Shown: one piece after another, positions 1-13,041 of the stretch
Position numbering within the stretch: position 1 is the stretch's first letter
Layout of the letters: every line of letters starts with the position of its first letter
NCBI GenBank assembly: GCA_964016885.1
Contig: OZ024742.1
Location: 33,728,001 to 33,792,000 of the forward strand
Direction: 5' to 3'
Source of the DNA: Eledone cirrhosa
Taxonomy: Eukaryota
DNA length: 64,000 nt
The notes under the pieces: model-generated
The model's input: the letters and a program-made list of their open reading frames with translations, nothing else
Database searches by the model: none
What the model was told of the DNA's origin: nothing
Program-made: the position numbers and the translations under genes

Positions 1-133
1 GCGCAACCGGTAAAAACTTAAAAACTTAAAACCACAACTAAATATTAACCCATACAATCACTAATACTCTTTTATTCCTAATTAAACCATTTTTCAACTG
101 TGAACAATTTGTCAGCATTTTCTATTCCGTTTA

Positions 134-137
<4 letters not shown>

Positions 138-183
<46 letters not shown>

Positions 184-217
184 CACGCACACATATATGT
201 ATATATACGTATATACG

Positions 218-251
<34 letters not shown>

Positions 252-259
252 ATATATGT

Positions 260-305
<46 letters not shown>

Positions 306-629
306 GTACACACACGCATATTATATATGCATGATATATATATATATGTATGACGAAAGTAAAAAATAAGGAAAATTATTAAAAAGAAACAAATATTAAA
401 ATCATAACTCCATCCAGTCAATCCCCGCCAAATATTATATAAAAGTGTGTGTATATATATATATATATACACATATATTTGTATATATATATATACGTAT
501 TTATGTATATAACGTGTATGCTTCAAATTTATAAATGAGTTTTAGAATCTTTGAAATATTTTGCGAGGAGTTTATTTTAAATTTTGAAAATATTTTTCTC
601 TTATCTTTTATGTGTTGGTGAACGCATCG

Positions 630-708
<79 letters not shown>

Positions 709-930
709 TATATATACATATATACATATATATATACATATATATACATATATATATATATACATATATATATACATATATATATAAATATATACAAACA
801 TATATATACATATATATATATACATATATATATACATACATATATAAATATATATGTATGTAGATATATATGTATATATATACATATATATATTTACATA
901 TATATTTATATATGTATGTATACATATATG

Positions 931-964
<34 letters not shown>

Positions 965-1013
965 CATACATATATATATATATATATACATATATATATA
1001 CATACATATATAT

Positions 1014-1044
<31 letters not shown>

Positions 1045-1146
1045 CATACATATATATATATATACATATATATACATATATATATACATATATATACATA
1101 TATATATACATACACACACACACATATATATATATATACATACACA

Positions 1147-1199
<53 letters not shown>

Positions 1200-1551
1200 G
1201 TATATATATACATATATATATATATACATATATATACATACCTATATATATATATATATATATATACATATATATATACGCCTATATATATATATACATA
1301 TATATACATACATATATATATATATGTATATATATACATATATATATATATACATATATATATACATACATATATATACATATATATATATACATATATA
1401 TATATACATATGTATACATATATATATACATATATATATATATACATATATATATATACATATATATATATATACATACATACATATATATACATATATA
1501 TATATACACATGTATATATATACATATATATATGTATATATATATACATAC

Positions 1552-1588
<37 letters not shown>

Positions 1589-1594
1589 CACATA

Positions 1595-1625
<31 letters not shown>

Positions 1626-1672
1626 GCATATATATATATGCATATATATATATATATATGCATATATATATA

Positions 1673-1724
<52 letters not shown>

Positions 1725-1769
1725 TATATATATACATATATATATATACATATACATATATATATATAC

Positions 1770-1800
<31 letters not shown>

Positions 1801-1867
1801 CATATATATATACATATATACATATATATATACACACATATATATATATACACACACATATACATAT

Positions 1868-1906
<39 letters not shown>

Positions 1907-1972
1907 CACGCACACACACACATATATATATATACATATATATATGTGTGTGTGTATGTATATATATATATA
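138..1972. repeat. Long (TA)n/(TACA)n/(CA)n compound microsatellite field
   Basis: Directly visible; source of the YIYI/HTHT pseudo-ORFs. Confidence 0.97.
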
Positions 1973-2020
1973 TTTACATGATATAAATTGGACGGATAGG
2001 TGTCCTCATGTTTTGTTGTT

Positions 2021-2066
2021 AACACAACGTTTCGGTTGATGTACTCTCCAGCCTTCATCAGGTCCC
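2021..2066 (-). ncRNA. Mirror hammerhead copy with stem I damaged by a 2-nt deletion
   Basis: Reverse complement reads gggac-CTGATGA...GAAACGTT-gtgtt. Confidence 0.55.
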
Positions 2067-2859
2067 AGTGATGTTATTAACGTTTGTTCAGGTCACTGCC
2101 TAGAATTGTACTCGGAATCCTGAGGTTAACAGCCCGCTTTTTAACCACAGTTTTTTTTGCTTTCTCGCCGTGATTTCTTTTTCTTTATTTCTTTTTTGTT
2201 TCTCGCTAATTTTTTTATTCGTTTTTTATTTATCGTGAATTTTTAGGGCTTATAAACTGATATTTTTCTATCCTTCCTCAATACCGGTTCCCATATACTA
2301 CTCATATCTGCACTAGGTCTGCTTAGGAGGTTATTGTGTCCTAGCATATGTGCTGCCTCTTTTCGAGTAGAACCACCAGTAGAAGACGGCGTGTACTCCA
2401 TCCCATGCAGTTCTGGAAGGTTATACAAAGGCGAAACAGGCCGCCCCCTCAAAATAGGGGTAGAAGAACTTCGTAAAGCTGTGACACAAGGAGAGATCGA
2501 TACATCGAGTATAGCTGATCATGTATGGAAAATCGGTGACCACCTTCCCCCTGTGGGATGAAGTTAAAATAATAGACAGAGAACACCACTGGAAAACACG
2601 AAAACTAACCGAGGCAGCACATATGCTAGGACACAATAACCTCCTAAGCAGACCTAGTGCAGATATGAGTAGTATATGGGAACCGGTATTGAGGAAGGAT
2701 AGAAAAATATCAGTTTATAAGTCCTAAAAATTCACGAGGAAAAAAAAAAAATTCACGAGAAAAAAAACAAAAAACGTTGTTAAAAAGCGGGCTGCTAACC
2801 TCAGGATTCCGAGTACAATTCTAGGCAGTGACCTGAACAAACGTTAATAACATCACTGG

Positions 2860-2905
2860 GACACCTGATGAAGGCTGGAGAGTACATCAACCGAAACGTT
2901 GTGTT
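2860..2905 (+). ncRNA. Type I minimal hammerhead ribozyme
   Basis: gacac-CTGATGA-(imperfect stem II)-GAAACGTT-gtgtt; stem I acac/gtgt; palindromic stem III ACGT. Confidence 0.75.
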
Positions 2906-2985
2906 AACAACAAAACAAGATGAGGACACCTATCCGTCCAATGTATATAATGTAAATAATTCCTCGTCTCAAAAATATAGAACAG

Positions 2986-3020
<35 letters not shown>

Positions 3021-3499
3021 CACACATATGTATATACACACATACACAGACATATTATGCACATACATTATTTTGCTTCGTATTCATTATTTGAAAATTT
3101 AAGTTTGAAATTTTAAAAAATGTTTGTGGTTTGTTCTTTTACTTTTGAGCTACATCATTCCAGAAAGATATATTTTTTTCAAATGGATAACTAGATATGA
3201 AAAATAATAACAAAAAAATTGATAAAGATCAAAATGGTTTTTTTTTTATCGACACAATGTCGATTTTAACACGAACATAGTGTTTTAGTAGTTTGTATTC
3301 ACACTATTATATTACAGATACTTATTTTATTTTATTGATCCCCGGAGGAATAAAAAGGCAAAGTTAAACTCCGGTGGGAGCTGAACTCAGAAGTGTGAGG
3401 TAGCGAGTCTAAACACAATGAATCGTATTTCGACGTTTCTGTTGTTTCGGTCGTACTCACTACTGTCTTGTTTGATAAAGGTCATGTTTATTGCCGTAA

Positions 3500-4709
3500 C
3501 TAAAGTTCCGTATGGTCCGTATGTTGTTCAATGAGTCGTTTCAGTTTTTCTTTTTGTTCTAGAACTTCTCCGAGCTTCTTCTGGAGTTCGATCTCCGATG
3601 ATTTCCACATGACGAGAAGATCTTCCTTAGAAAGAGCCTCTATCGTGCACTCGTCAATCATGGTAGCAGGGAGTAAAGGACGAACCCCTCTAAGGGCGTG
3701 TCGTCGTATTGTTGACTTTACTCGATTGTCCTTCATTTTCAACGATCTCTTATAATACTCAGATGGAGGCACGCCCAACAACGCACAGGCACTGTCTTTT
3801 GATCCGCTCTTACTACTTCCAGTAGATACAGTTTCACCGCATGCAGACCAGTCGGACATGTTTTCAAGTCTTACTGTCGTCGCAAACACACTGCTTTGAC
3901 TGGAATTTGTGCTCGATTGGTTTCCTAGCTCCCATTCATCACTGCCTGATAACATGCCAGCGTCGTCAATAGCGTAATCGATAACCTCATTTCCATTCTC
4001 CGTTTCTCTTGAAATATCATCATTACTGCCGCAGCCACGATATATTAACCTTTCACCGTCGATGGCTGAGCGATGACCATCGTCTTTATTGCAAAACATG
4101 TCCCTGTCTGCTTCGTCGCTGTTCTTATTGCAACGATGCCGGGATTGTTTTCTGTAAGAACTCAACGACGATGATGGCGAATCAACACAACTGGATGTAT
4201 TTACCTTGACCTTACAACGAGCACCACTATTTCTGATGCTGCTACTGCGGCTGTTATGTTCACGTTGTTCCTCATCTATTACATCATTGCCTTCTCTAGA
4301 ATCGCCATGTTTTGTGCTCACTGCAGTCCGTTTTGATAAATTGCTGTCGATCGAGTCACGACTCATAAAGGCCGGATTTTCTATTCCACTCTTTGGTGTT
4401 TTTTGTGTGTGCAAAACATTAATGAGAATGTGCTCCTCATTGAGAGGAGATTCTTTAGATTTATCTCCTAATGCTGTAATGAAAGAACTGTTGGCCGTTT
4501 GACCGTGGATGACGGTCGATTGAATGTTTTTATCGGACGTTGAGGCACTAGCTTCGGCCATGCATGTTTCTTTCGTTTTTGGTTTCTCATTAATATCAAC
4601 TTGTGTAGAACACTGAACGGAATCAGAATAATTAAATGTATTCGGCTTTTCATTCCTCTTAACTTGTATTGCTTCACTGGTCAAACCGTAGGTTTCTGCT
4701 TTTTGTGTT
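3500..4709 (-). CDS. Probable terminal coding exon of an unidentified host gene: Ser-rich disordered region, C-terminal coiled coil, ending ...DHTEL
   Basis: ~400 non-repetitive open codons with higher GC than the flanks. Polypyrimidine tract plus acceptor (minus strand ttttattctcatttcag) at 4710-4726, stop TAG at 3500-3502. ORF sequence 4710-5047 is intronic low-complexity DNA. Confidence 0.75.
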
Positions 4710-5113
4710 CTGAAATGAGAATAAAATATAAATAAAATAAAATAAAAAAGTAAATAGATGCATTTTTTGGTTTTGCGTATCAATAATTTTTCTCCATCTC
4801 TCTTTCCATGTTCTGCCAAATATACACGCACATACACATCAAAATTTAAGAGCATAACAATAACACATATACATATAAAAACATCAAACATACGCACATC
4901 AACAAAACATGTACATACACACACGAAAAGCAACTGCACAAATACACTCACTGCAAACGCACTTATACATAGACGCACCTTAAACATGTAACACAGTATA
5001 CACACACACACACAATTGCCACCGCACGACATACTATTATATGCCACATAGCGAGAGAATAAACAGGAACTATATACAAACTGTTAAAAAACACTACAAT
5101 AATACACTTCGGT

Positions 5114-5115
<2 letters not shown>

Positions 5116-5166
<51 letters not shown>
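5116..5166. repeat. (GA)n microsatellite
   Basis: Directly visible. Confidence 0.95.
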
Positions 5167-5169
<3 letters not shown>

Positions 5170-5557
5170 GAGGTATATTTCTTTATTAGCCACAAGGGCG
5201 CACAAGAAAAGGGGACAAAACAAGGACACATGCCGGGGATTTTACATAGAATCGTGTAAAAATATGAAACAGACAAATATAACAATCGAAATCCCCATTA
5301 GGGGAGAGGCGCCACAAATGAGATAGTGGTATAAATATACAGATACGTGCATAAAGATGTGGCATAATTAAAAGATTGAATGTTCTTTAGTTATTAATGT
5401 TAGTAAGAATAAGAAAACTTTATTCCTCGGTGATTATACTAAACAGCACCAGACATCAGACATCAGATGATTCCCTCTATATTATTTTACGGTTTTATCT
5501 TATACGTAATGTACAAGCCAACCAACTATAATAGACTTCAGTCTTGATGTATGTATG

Positions 5558-5964
5558 TTATCTCTTTCTCTTAATTTCGAGTATATTTTTTTGACCGGCC
5601 ACCTTCCTGGTGGCAAGGTTGTAAAAGAAAAGAAATTGTCATCCCTTGAATCGCAAGAATGTTTTGCAAATTTTGAAGGTGCCAGCTATCGCAGTCATTT
5701 GTAGAATATGAATTAGCGAGCTGCGCTCTTTGTCCGCAAATCCAAGCTCAGTCATACTTTGGTCCAAGCGGGTTGGTATATAACCCGTAGCTCCAATAAT
5801 GATGGGTATGAAGCTAAAGGTGTATCTTGGATACTGGATTTGTAAACTCCTCAGCAATGGTCCGTAGATGTCCTCCTTCTCCTGTATTTTTCTGACAACG
5901 TTTACATCAAGTGGGCAGCTGATCTCCACAACAGAACACGTTTTCAATGTGTGGTCCCAAACAA
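5558..5964 (-). mobile_element. R4/Dong-like LINE family B, 3' fragment (RLE endonuclease C-terminus plus 3'UTR)
   Basis: CSVVEISCPLD...KEDIYGPL...PIIIGATG; bounded by TATG repeats; matches 11563-12047 and 45923-46722. Confidence 0.85.
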
Positions 5965-5985
5965 TGTATTTATGTATGTATGTTT

Positions 5986-6253
5986 ATACAACCTGTCTCA
6001 TGGTCGGGTCGTTGGCGATTAAACTGGCAACCCCACCAAGGTTTCTTGGTGAGGAGGGTGAAATTGGACATCCTGCAGGACTTGTCGTCACATGGTACCA
6101 TGTGTCAATAATTGTCACAAGTGTAGTGTTTGTACCAGAGTTTTCAAGTCGCTGGCTGGACTAAAAAGTCACACTCGTTCAGCGCATCGGTAGGGGTCCT
6201 CCTACATGGATATAAAGTAGTGGCGTACTCGAAAACGAGTTGGCAGCCACCAT
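5986..6253 (+). mobile_element. Internally deleted copy of the RTE-derived non-autonomous element
   Basis: Matches the 5' part and 3' end of 12133-12741, with a (TGTA)n tail. Confidence 0.8.
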
Positions 6254-6290
6254 GTATGTATGTATGTAGGTATGTATGTATGTATGTATG

Positions 6291-6324
<34 letters not shown>

Positions 6325-6326
6325 TG

Positions 6327-9300
6327 TTCTTCTGGTTTTATAATTTCACAAAGTTTTACCAATAGAGAGAGAGTCGGTTTCTAACATAGACACAAGACTC
6401 TCTCATTGGAATTTACACAACATCAACTAGGTAGATATGTATGTCCGCATGCATGCATGTGTAGATATGGATGTTATTGTATGTGTGGATGTGTATGTTT
6501 TGAGTTGTATGTGTGCATGTGTATATGCTTTGTATCTGTACATGTGTATATGCAGTTATTAGATGCTACATTTTTGGAATGTTTTACATATTTTTACTGT
6601 TCCATTAATTGATTGTACTTGTAATTTCCTAACTAGTTGTGTTCTTTCTGTTCCTGTGAAGCCTAGCTTCTCAAGATTTGTATTGAGGCAGTTACTAACA
6701 TATCCCAGTGCCCCAATAATCACAGGCATAAATCTGAAGGTGTAATCAGGGTGGAGTATCTGCAGATTTCTCATCAGTTCTGCATAAATATTATCCTTTT
6801 TACTAATCTTAGATATTATATTGGCATCTGCTGGGCAGCTAATTTCCACTACTGTGCATGTTTTCTTCTCCCTGTCCCATATCATAATATCTGGTCTGCT
6901 ATGCCTGCATTTTATTGGGGTCTTTCCTGGAACATTCCACCAGTACTCTTTCATATTATGTACATGGATGTCTTCCACATTGTTGTAGCTTTTAATTTGT
7001 TTATCATCGGGGCTATCTTTTTTACGAACTGCATTGTACAGTGTTTTGGCCACTACATCATGCCTCATAGGTAGATAGTACCGCGATGACATCTTTAGGC
7101 AGCTGCTGATGACATGGGTGATATCCTCGATGTTAGTTCTGCAGAGTCTGCACTTGTTATCACATCTAGGTGTTTTGCCTGCATCCCTATCTCTTTTGTG
7201 AATCAGGTATTTCGTGCTAATCTCCTGTTTTTGGATTGCAAAAGCGTATTCTTCAAAGTGGGAGGCAATATAGCCGTTGTTGGTCCAAGATAGACTAGTT
7301 TCCTTATCTATATTACTCTCACTCTGGAGCTTCCTGGCAACATATCTATGCATGATTTTTTGCTGATAGGCATGCAGTTTTTCATCCATGGATTCACTGC
7401 AATACTGCTGAGCGACATCCCTGGGTGTGAGTTTTTGATTATCACACAGGGAATATCTCTCAAGGAGTTCCTTCCCAACTCTCATGATCTTATCTGTTTC
7501 ATGCAGATAGACTTGCTCGAGAAGCGGGCTCCTACGCTTCGAGTTTCGTAGATGTTGTCGGAGAGATATGATGCGACATTCAAATGTTGTCTGGACTGAT
7601 GTTAGGCCTCTGCCTCCCTGCTTACGTTTCAAGTAAAGGCGGTCTATGTCACTGTTGATGTGGAAGTTTCCGGTGTTGTTCAGTATTTTTCGAGTTCCAA
7701 CATCAATTGCTCGGATTTCGTCTATCTTCCAATTGAATATTCCAAACGTTGGTGTTAGGACAGGCACAGCAAACGCATTGTGAACCACTGTTATGTTTTG
7801 CGCAGAGAGTTCCGATGACCAGATCTTTCTTAATCGGGTGTAGTATTCCCTGGTTACGCGTTCTTTATTACAGATACCATTATAGGATATGTTCTCATCT
7901 ATCCCCAGGTATCTGTAGTAGTCCTCCTCAGATATCGGTGAAACAGTTAGACCATCGATGACAATGTTGCTAGATTGGGTTGTTGTTTTTCCCCGCTTTA
8001 CAGTCATGTATGAGCATTTATTTTAGCCAAACTCCATTCCTATATCCTTTGAGAACGTTGTAACCAGGTCAAGATTTTTCTTCATCCCATCCATGTTCTT
8101 GGCATAGAATTTCAGATCGTCCACAAAGAAGTTATGGGTTAGGTTCGTATTTCTGTCCTCCTGTGAGCCAATGATGTATCCCTCACATTTCTTGAGCAGA
8201 AAGGACAAGGGGTTTAATGACAAGATGTTTAATGACAAGATGAACAATATCACAGAGAGACTGTCCCCCTGAAATATACCCCTACAATATTTTATTTTAT
8301 CAGTGAAAATAGAGTCCTCCCTCTCTGTCTTTAACCTTAGGATAGTAGCCCAAGAAGAAGACAGCCTCTCTATGGCTCTGACAATAATGTCTGGGACTTT
8401 AGCAAGTTGGAGGGCCTCTATCATCCAAGAGTGGGGAACAGAATCGAAAGATTTCTTGAAGTCCAGCCAGACTGTAGTCATATTCCTCCTAAGTTGTCGC
8501 ACCTCCGACATCGCAGTTTTGTTGATTAGGAGTTGTTCAGCACATCCCCAAACCCTTTTCTTTCCAGCTGCTTGTTCATCTGTGATGATGTTATTATTTT
8601 CACAGTGATCTTGGAGGAATAGGTTCAGGCAGGCTGTATACATCTTATACATCAGGTTCTGGCATGCAATGGGTCGGTAGTTTTTTGTCAAGTGTGTGTC
8701 TTTGTTCTTGGGGACCAGTAACGTTTGTGCTAATGTCAACCATTCTGGTATAAGTGTATCTCCCTTAAGAACTTGTTGGTAGAGGTCAGTAAGATACCTC
8801 CGATAGAATATTAGTTTTTTGTACCAGTAGCCGACAATCATGTCTCTTCCTGGTGTTTTCTTATCTTGGAGTTTTCCTATCACAGTCTCAAGGGTTCCCT
8901 CACTTATTTCGTATGTTTTTGTTGTAGTGTAGGAGCAAATGTTCTTTCGGATTTCTCTTAGCCACAATGCATCTTGGTTGAAATTCTTTTTTTCACCCCA
9001 TATTTTTCTCCAAAAGGAATCTATGTCTTTCTGGGATGGGGCCTCCGTGACACTTATTATTTTGCCCTTCATATCTCTATAGACTGATGTTTGGTTTCGT
9101 CTGAATCTTTTATTAAGCATTTTTCTCTCATCTACCTTCTTCAGGTATCGGCGTTTTTCGCTAACAGCTCTCAATTCTTGTTTGAGAGTGATCAGCTTAT
9201 ATTGGAGAGTTCTGGTTCTACTGTTACCAAACATCGTCTCTATTTTATTTTTCACTCTTTGTTGGTGAGGAGTGAGGTTTTTTTGTGTTTGTTTGCATGT

Positions 9301-10442
9301 AAGGAGCATTATCACATGTCCTATGTTTTTTCGTAGGTCAGCACTCTTTTTTTCTATTTTAGTTATATATGATGGTATTTTTGGTGGTGTTTTGTTCTTG
9401 TTAATATCTCTGCTATCACCAAGATAATGCTTCACTGTCATTGTTAAGGCATATAAACAGGCGTTGATTTGCCAAAATGTTGGGGTTTTTATCCGTCGTA
9501 AATATTCATCCCCTATTTCGTCAATAACTCGTAGTATTTCATTATTTGGTTTTTTATTCACCATTGTCATTTTAACAGGTTCAGCCAGAGAGATATTTAT
9601 ACATGAGTTAATTTCTCTCTGGAAGATTTCGTTGAGGGAAATTTTCAATTGTTTATACTTTTGATTATAATTATCGATAGTCGAGGTAGACTCGGATGGT
9701 ATACGTGGTGTCACATTTATTCGATTATTATTATTATTTCTTCGATTATTATTATTATCGATAGTGTTTTCCCCAGCATTCGAGGTAGACTTAGATCGTA
9801 CAGGCATAGTTGTTTCAAGGCGCTGTTCTACCTGGCTGCTAGGAAGTCTGGTAGCATGGCGATCTGTTGCACGTGTTGTTGATTCCATGTTTGTTGTGTG
9901 GGACTTACAATTAATAATATTTATCTTATTTTTACGTTCAACAAACGTCGCTTGTTGGCGTAATTGTTTCGCTGTGAACTAATTTAGTTCTGGGTGCATT
10001 TCGTCCCAGTGTAGCTTCATTCTATTCATATAGCCAATGGGAGGATTGTTTTTTGCCATTTTATAACAATTAAATAAATCATTATTAAGTTCGCAACTCC
10101 AAGAGAAATGCGATTTATAATTTCGGTCTCTTCTGTAGCTACAACTGAATAAAGTTTGATTACCTTCTTTGTTATTTGTCTTCGATACTTCCTTAATTTT
10201 CTTGTTGATGTTGTGTTCAGCCATACTGTTTGTAGCAAATCCTTGTAAAATGAATTATGTATTTAGTCGGATATCTCTACGAATTCGAATAAAAGGTGTC
10301 TTCAGAAGGGATAGTTAGAAGAATAACCAGTTATTCAACCTGGCTGTAGTTGTGGCATTACTGTCGGAGATAGTATTCATCTTAAATTTAATAAATAGTC
10401 TCCCACGCTAAAATATGCGACTGATCGCGTTGACTGATGGAA
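6327..10442 (-). mobile_element. Near full-length (~4.1 kb) R4/Dong-like non-LTR retrotransposon, family A, inserted in (TATG)n
   Basis: N-terminal WSCELNNDLFNCY..GYMNRMKLHWDEMHP; RT motifs NYRPIAC, WLDFKKSFDSVPH, GIFQGDSLS, FFVDDLK, YRYLG; CCHC knuckle CRLC..EDITHVISSC; RHD; PD-(D/E)xK RPDIMIW..VVEISCP..K..Y; (TATG)n on both sides. Confidence 0.92.
6559..10224 (-). pseudogene. Disrupted RT-RLE ORF of the R4-like element
   Basis: In-frame stops at 9979 and 8023 (the sister copy at 24260 reads GQNKCSYM where this has G*NKCSYM); 15-bp in-frame duplication ILSLNILSLN. Confidence 0.85.
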
Positions 10443-10508
10443 TGTATGTATGTATGTATGTATGTATGTATGTATGTATGTATGTATGTATGTATGTATG
10501 TATGTATG

Positions 10509-11036
10509 TTCTTCACAAATTTTTTCCCAATAGAGAGAGAGTCGGTTTCTAACATAGACACAAGACTCTCATTGGAATTTACATAACATCAACTAGGTAG
10601 AATATGTATGCATGCATGTGTAGATATGGATGTTATTGTATGTGTGGATGTGTATGTTTTGAGTTGTATGTGTGCATGTGTATATGCTTTGTATCTGCAC
10701 ATGTGTATATGCAGTTATTAGATGCAAAACTTTGGAATGTTTTACATATTTTTACTGTTTCATTAATGGATTGTACTTGTAATTTCCTAACTAGTTGTGT
10801 TCTTTCTGTTCCTGTGAAGCCCAGCTTCTCAAGATTTGTATTGAGGCAGTTACTAACATATCCCAGTGCCCCAATAATCACTGGCATAAATCTGAAAGTA
10901 TAGTCAGGGTGGAGTATCTGCAGATTTCTCATCAGTTCTGCATAAATATTCTCCTTTACGCTAATCTTTGATATTGTATTAGCATCTGCTGGGCAGCTAA
11001 TTTCCACTACTGTGCATGCTTTCTTCTCCCTGTCCC

Positions 11037-11067
<31 letters not shown>

Positions 11068-11151
11068 TGTATGTATGTATGTATGTATGTATGTATGTAT
11101 GTATGTATGTTCTTCTGGTTTTATAATTTCACAAAGTTTTGCCAATATGTA

Positions 11152-11244
<93 letters not shown>

Positions 11245-11497
11245 ATATTTTCTGGTTTTATAATTTTTCAAATTGTTGCCAATAGAGAGAGAGAGTCGGT
11301 TTCTAACATAGACACAAGATTCTCTCATTGGAATTTACACAACTTCAACTAGGTAGATATGTCGGCATGTCTGCATGCATGCATGTGTAGATATGGATGT
11401 TATTGTATGTGTATGTTTTGAGTTGTATGTGTGCATGCTTTGTATCTGTACAAGTGTATATGCAGTTATTAGATGCAACGTTTTTTGAATGTTTTAC

Positions 11498-11500
<3 letters not shown>
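10509..11500 (-). mobile_element. Three stacked 3' fragments of R4-like family A (10509-11040, 11109-11147, 11247-11500) separated by (TATG)n/(TG)n
   Basis: Each matches the 3' end at 6327 onward. Confidence 0.85.
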
Positions 11501-11528
<28 letters not shown>

Positions 11529-11562
11529 TGTATGTATGTATGTATGTATGTATGTATGTATG

Positions 11563-12047
11563 TTTTCTCTTTCTCTTAATTTCGAGTATATTTTTTTGAC
11601 CGGCCACCTTCCTGGTGGCAAGGTTGTAAAAGAAAAGAAATTGTCATCCCTTGAATCGCAAGAATGTTTTGCAAATTTTGAAGGTGCTAGCTATCGCAGC
11701 CATTTGTAGACCTTGAATTAGGGAGCTGCGCTTTTTGTCCGCAAAACCGCAAGTTCAGTCATACTTTGGTCCAAGCGGGTTGGTATATAACCCGTAGCTC
11801 CAATAATGATGGGTATGAAGCTAAAGGTGTATCTTGGATACTGGATTTGTAAACTCCTCAGCAATGGTCCGTAGATGTCCCCCTTCTCCTGTATTTTTCT
11901 GACAACGTTTACATCAAGTGGGCAGCTGATCTCCACAACAGAACACGTTTTCAATGTGTGGTCCCAAACAACAATATCAGGCCGGTTTTTGCTTTAATTT
12001 GGTGGCAGTTTTTATTTTCAGGTTCCACCAGTATTCCTTAGTGCCAT
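11563..12047 (-). mobile_element. R4-like family B 3' fragment
   Basis: Near-identical to 5558-5964, extending to the EYWWNLKIK region. Confidence 0.85.
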
Positions 12048-12132
12048 GTATGTATGTATGCTATGTATGTATGTATGTATGTATGTATGTATGTATGTAT
12101 GTATGTATGTATGTATGTATGTATGTATGTAT

Positions 12133-12741
12133 GTCAGGTCACCAGTTGGTGCTACTGGTAACATGTATCCCAGTACAACCTGTCTCATGGTCGAGTCGTT
12201 GGCGACTAAACTGGCAACCCCACCAAGGTTTCTTGGTGAGGAGGGTGACTTTGGACATCCTGCAGGACTAAAAACAAAACCTGTCAAAGGGCAAAGGAGC
12301 TCTTAAGAGTCAATGGCCATCCAAAATCACCGGGAGAGATGACCCCTTAGCCTTTGTCAAGGCAGAATTCTAGGAGAAGGAAAACTCTGATATAACACCT
12401 GCAACCCTGATGGTATCCAATGATGTTGACTTGTTCTTCTTTTTGGTAAATATCATCTTGGTTAAGAGAGTGGGACTGGCTTTGTGCAGTGCCTTTGCTC
12501 ACTATAAAAGCTTCACGGCACAGGCATTGCTTTATATCTGGAGATCTCTCTGCACTTGTCATCATATGGTATCATGGGCCCAGCACTATGTGTCAATAAT
12601 TGTCACAAGTGTAGTGTTTGTACCAGAGTTTTCAAGTCGCTGGCTGGACTAAAAAGTCACACTCGTTCAGCGCATCGGTAGGGGTTCTTCTACATGGATA
12701 TAAAGTAGTGGCCGTACTCGAAAACGAGTTGGCAGCCACCA
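12133..12741 (+). mobile_element. ~610-bp non-autonomous RTE-derived (bipartite, SINE-like) element, apparently full length, with (TGTA)n tail
   Basis: RTE 5'UTR-type motif CTAGGAGAAGGAAAACTCTGA; 3' part encodes the RTE-type terminal C2H2 finger HKCSVCTRVFKSLAGLKSHTRSAHR*, then a hairpin CTCGAAAACGAG and a tandem tail; same 5' start as 18674. Confidence 0.8.
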
Positions 12742-12840
12742 TGTATGTATGTATGTATGTATGTATGTATGTATGTATGTATGTATGTATGTATGTATGT
12801 ATGTATGTATGTATGTATGTATGTATGTATGCATGTATGT

Positions 12841-13041
12841 AGTTACCGAAGATGTTGATCTTTTCTTCTTTTCGGGTTATAGCTACTGTCGCTCAGAGAG
12901 TGGGATTGGCTCAGCGTACAGTCTTTCCTAACTTTAAAAAAAATCTTCATGCACAGGCATTGCACGATAGAATTAATTGATAATTATTAATAATGTTATA
13001 TCGTGCATTGGCCATACTCGATAACGAGGGGGCACCGATCA
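12841..13041 (+). mobile_element. Diverged second subfamily of the RTE-derived element
   Basis: Shares gatgttga..ttcttcttt, agagagtggga.tggc, gcacaggcattgc and the 3' hairpin ggccatactcgataacgag plus (TGTA)n, but lacks the zinc-finger segment. Confidence 0.65.

Larger units (their letters stand above)
1972..2988 (+). mobile_element. 5'-truncated Penelope-like element (GIY-YIG endonuclease remnant plus pLTR) with inverted 5' duplication, inserted in (TA)n
   Basis: 2380-2727 translates (one frameshift) to GVYSIPCSSGRLYKGETGRPLK...SSIADHVW / PLWDEVKIIDREHHWKTRKLTEAAHM, a Penelope-type GIY-YIG domain. 1972-2359 is the reverse complement of ~2611-2958. Confidence 0.88.

Noticed and set aside
100-2058. 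Many long ORFs (up to 389 aa) of YIYI/HTHI type, also MYVC/HTYI ORFs across the window
   Set aside because: Translations of stop-free microsatellites; no coding signal.
4710-5047. N-terminal hydrophobic part of the 515-aa ORF as a signal or TM region
   Set aside because: Lies upstream of a clear splice acceptor and consists of TG/TA-rich low-complexity intron.
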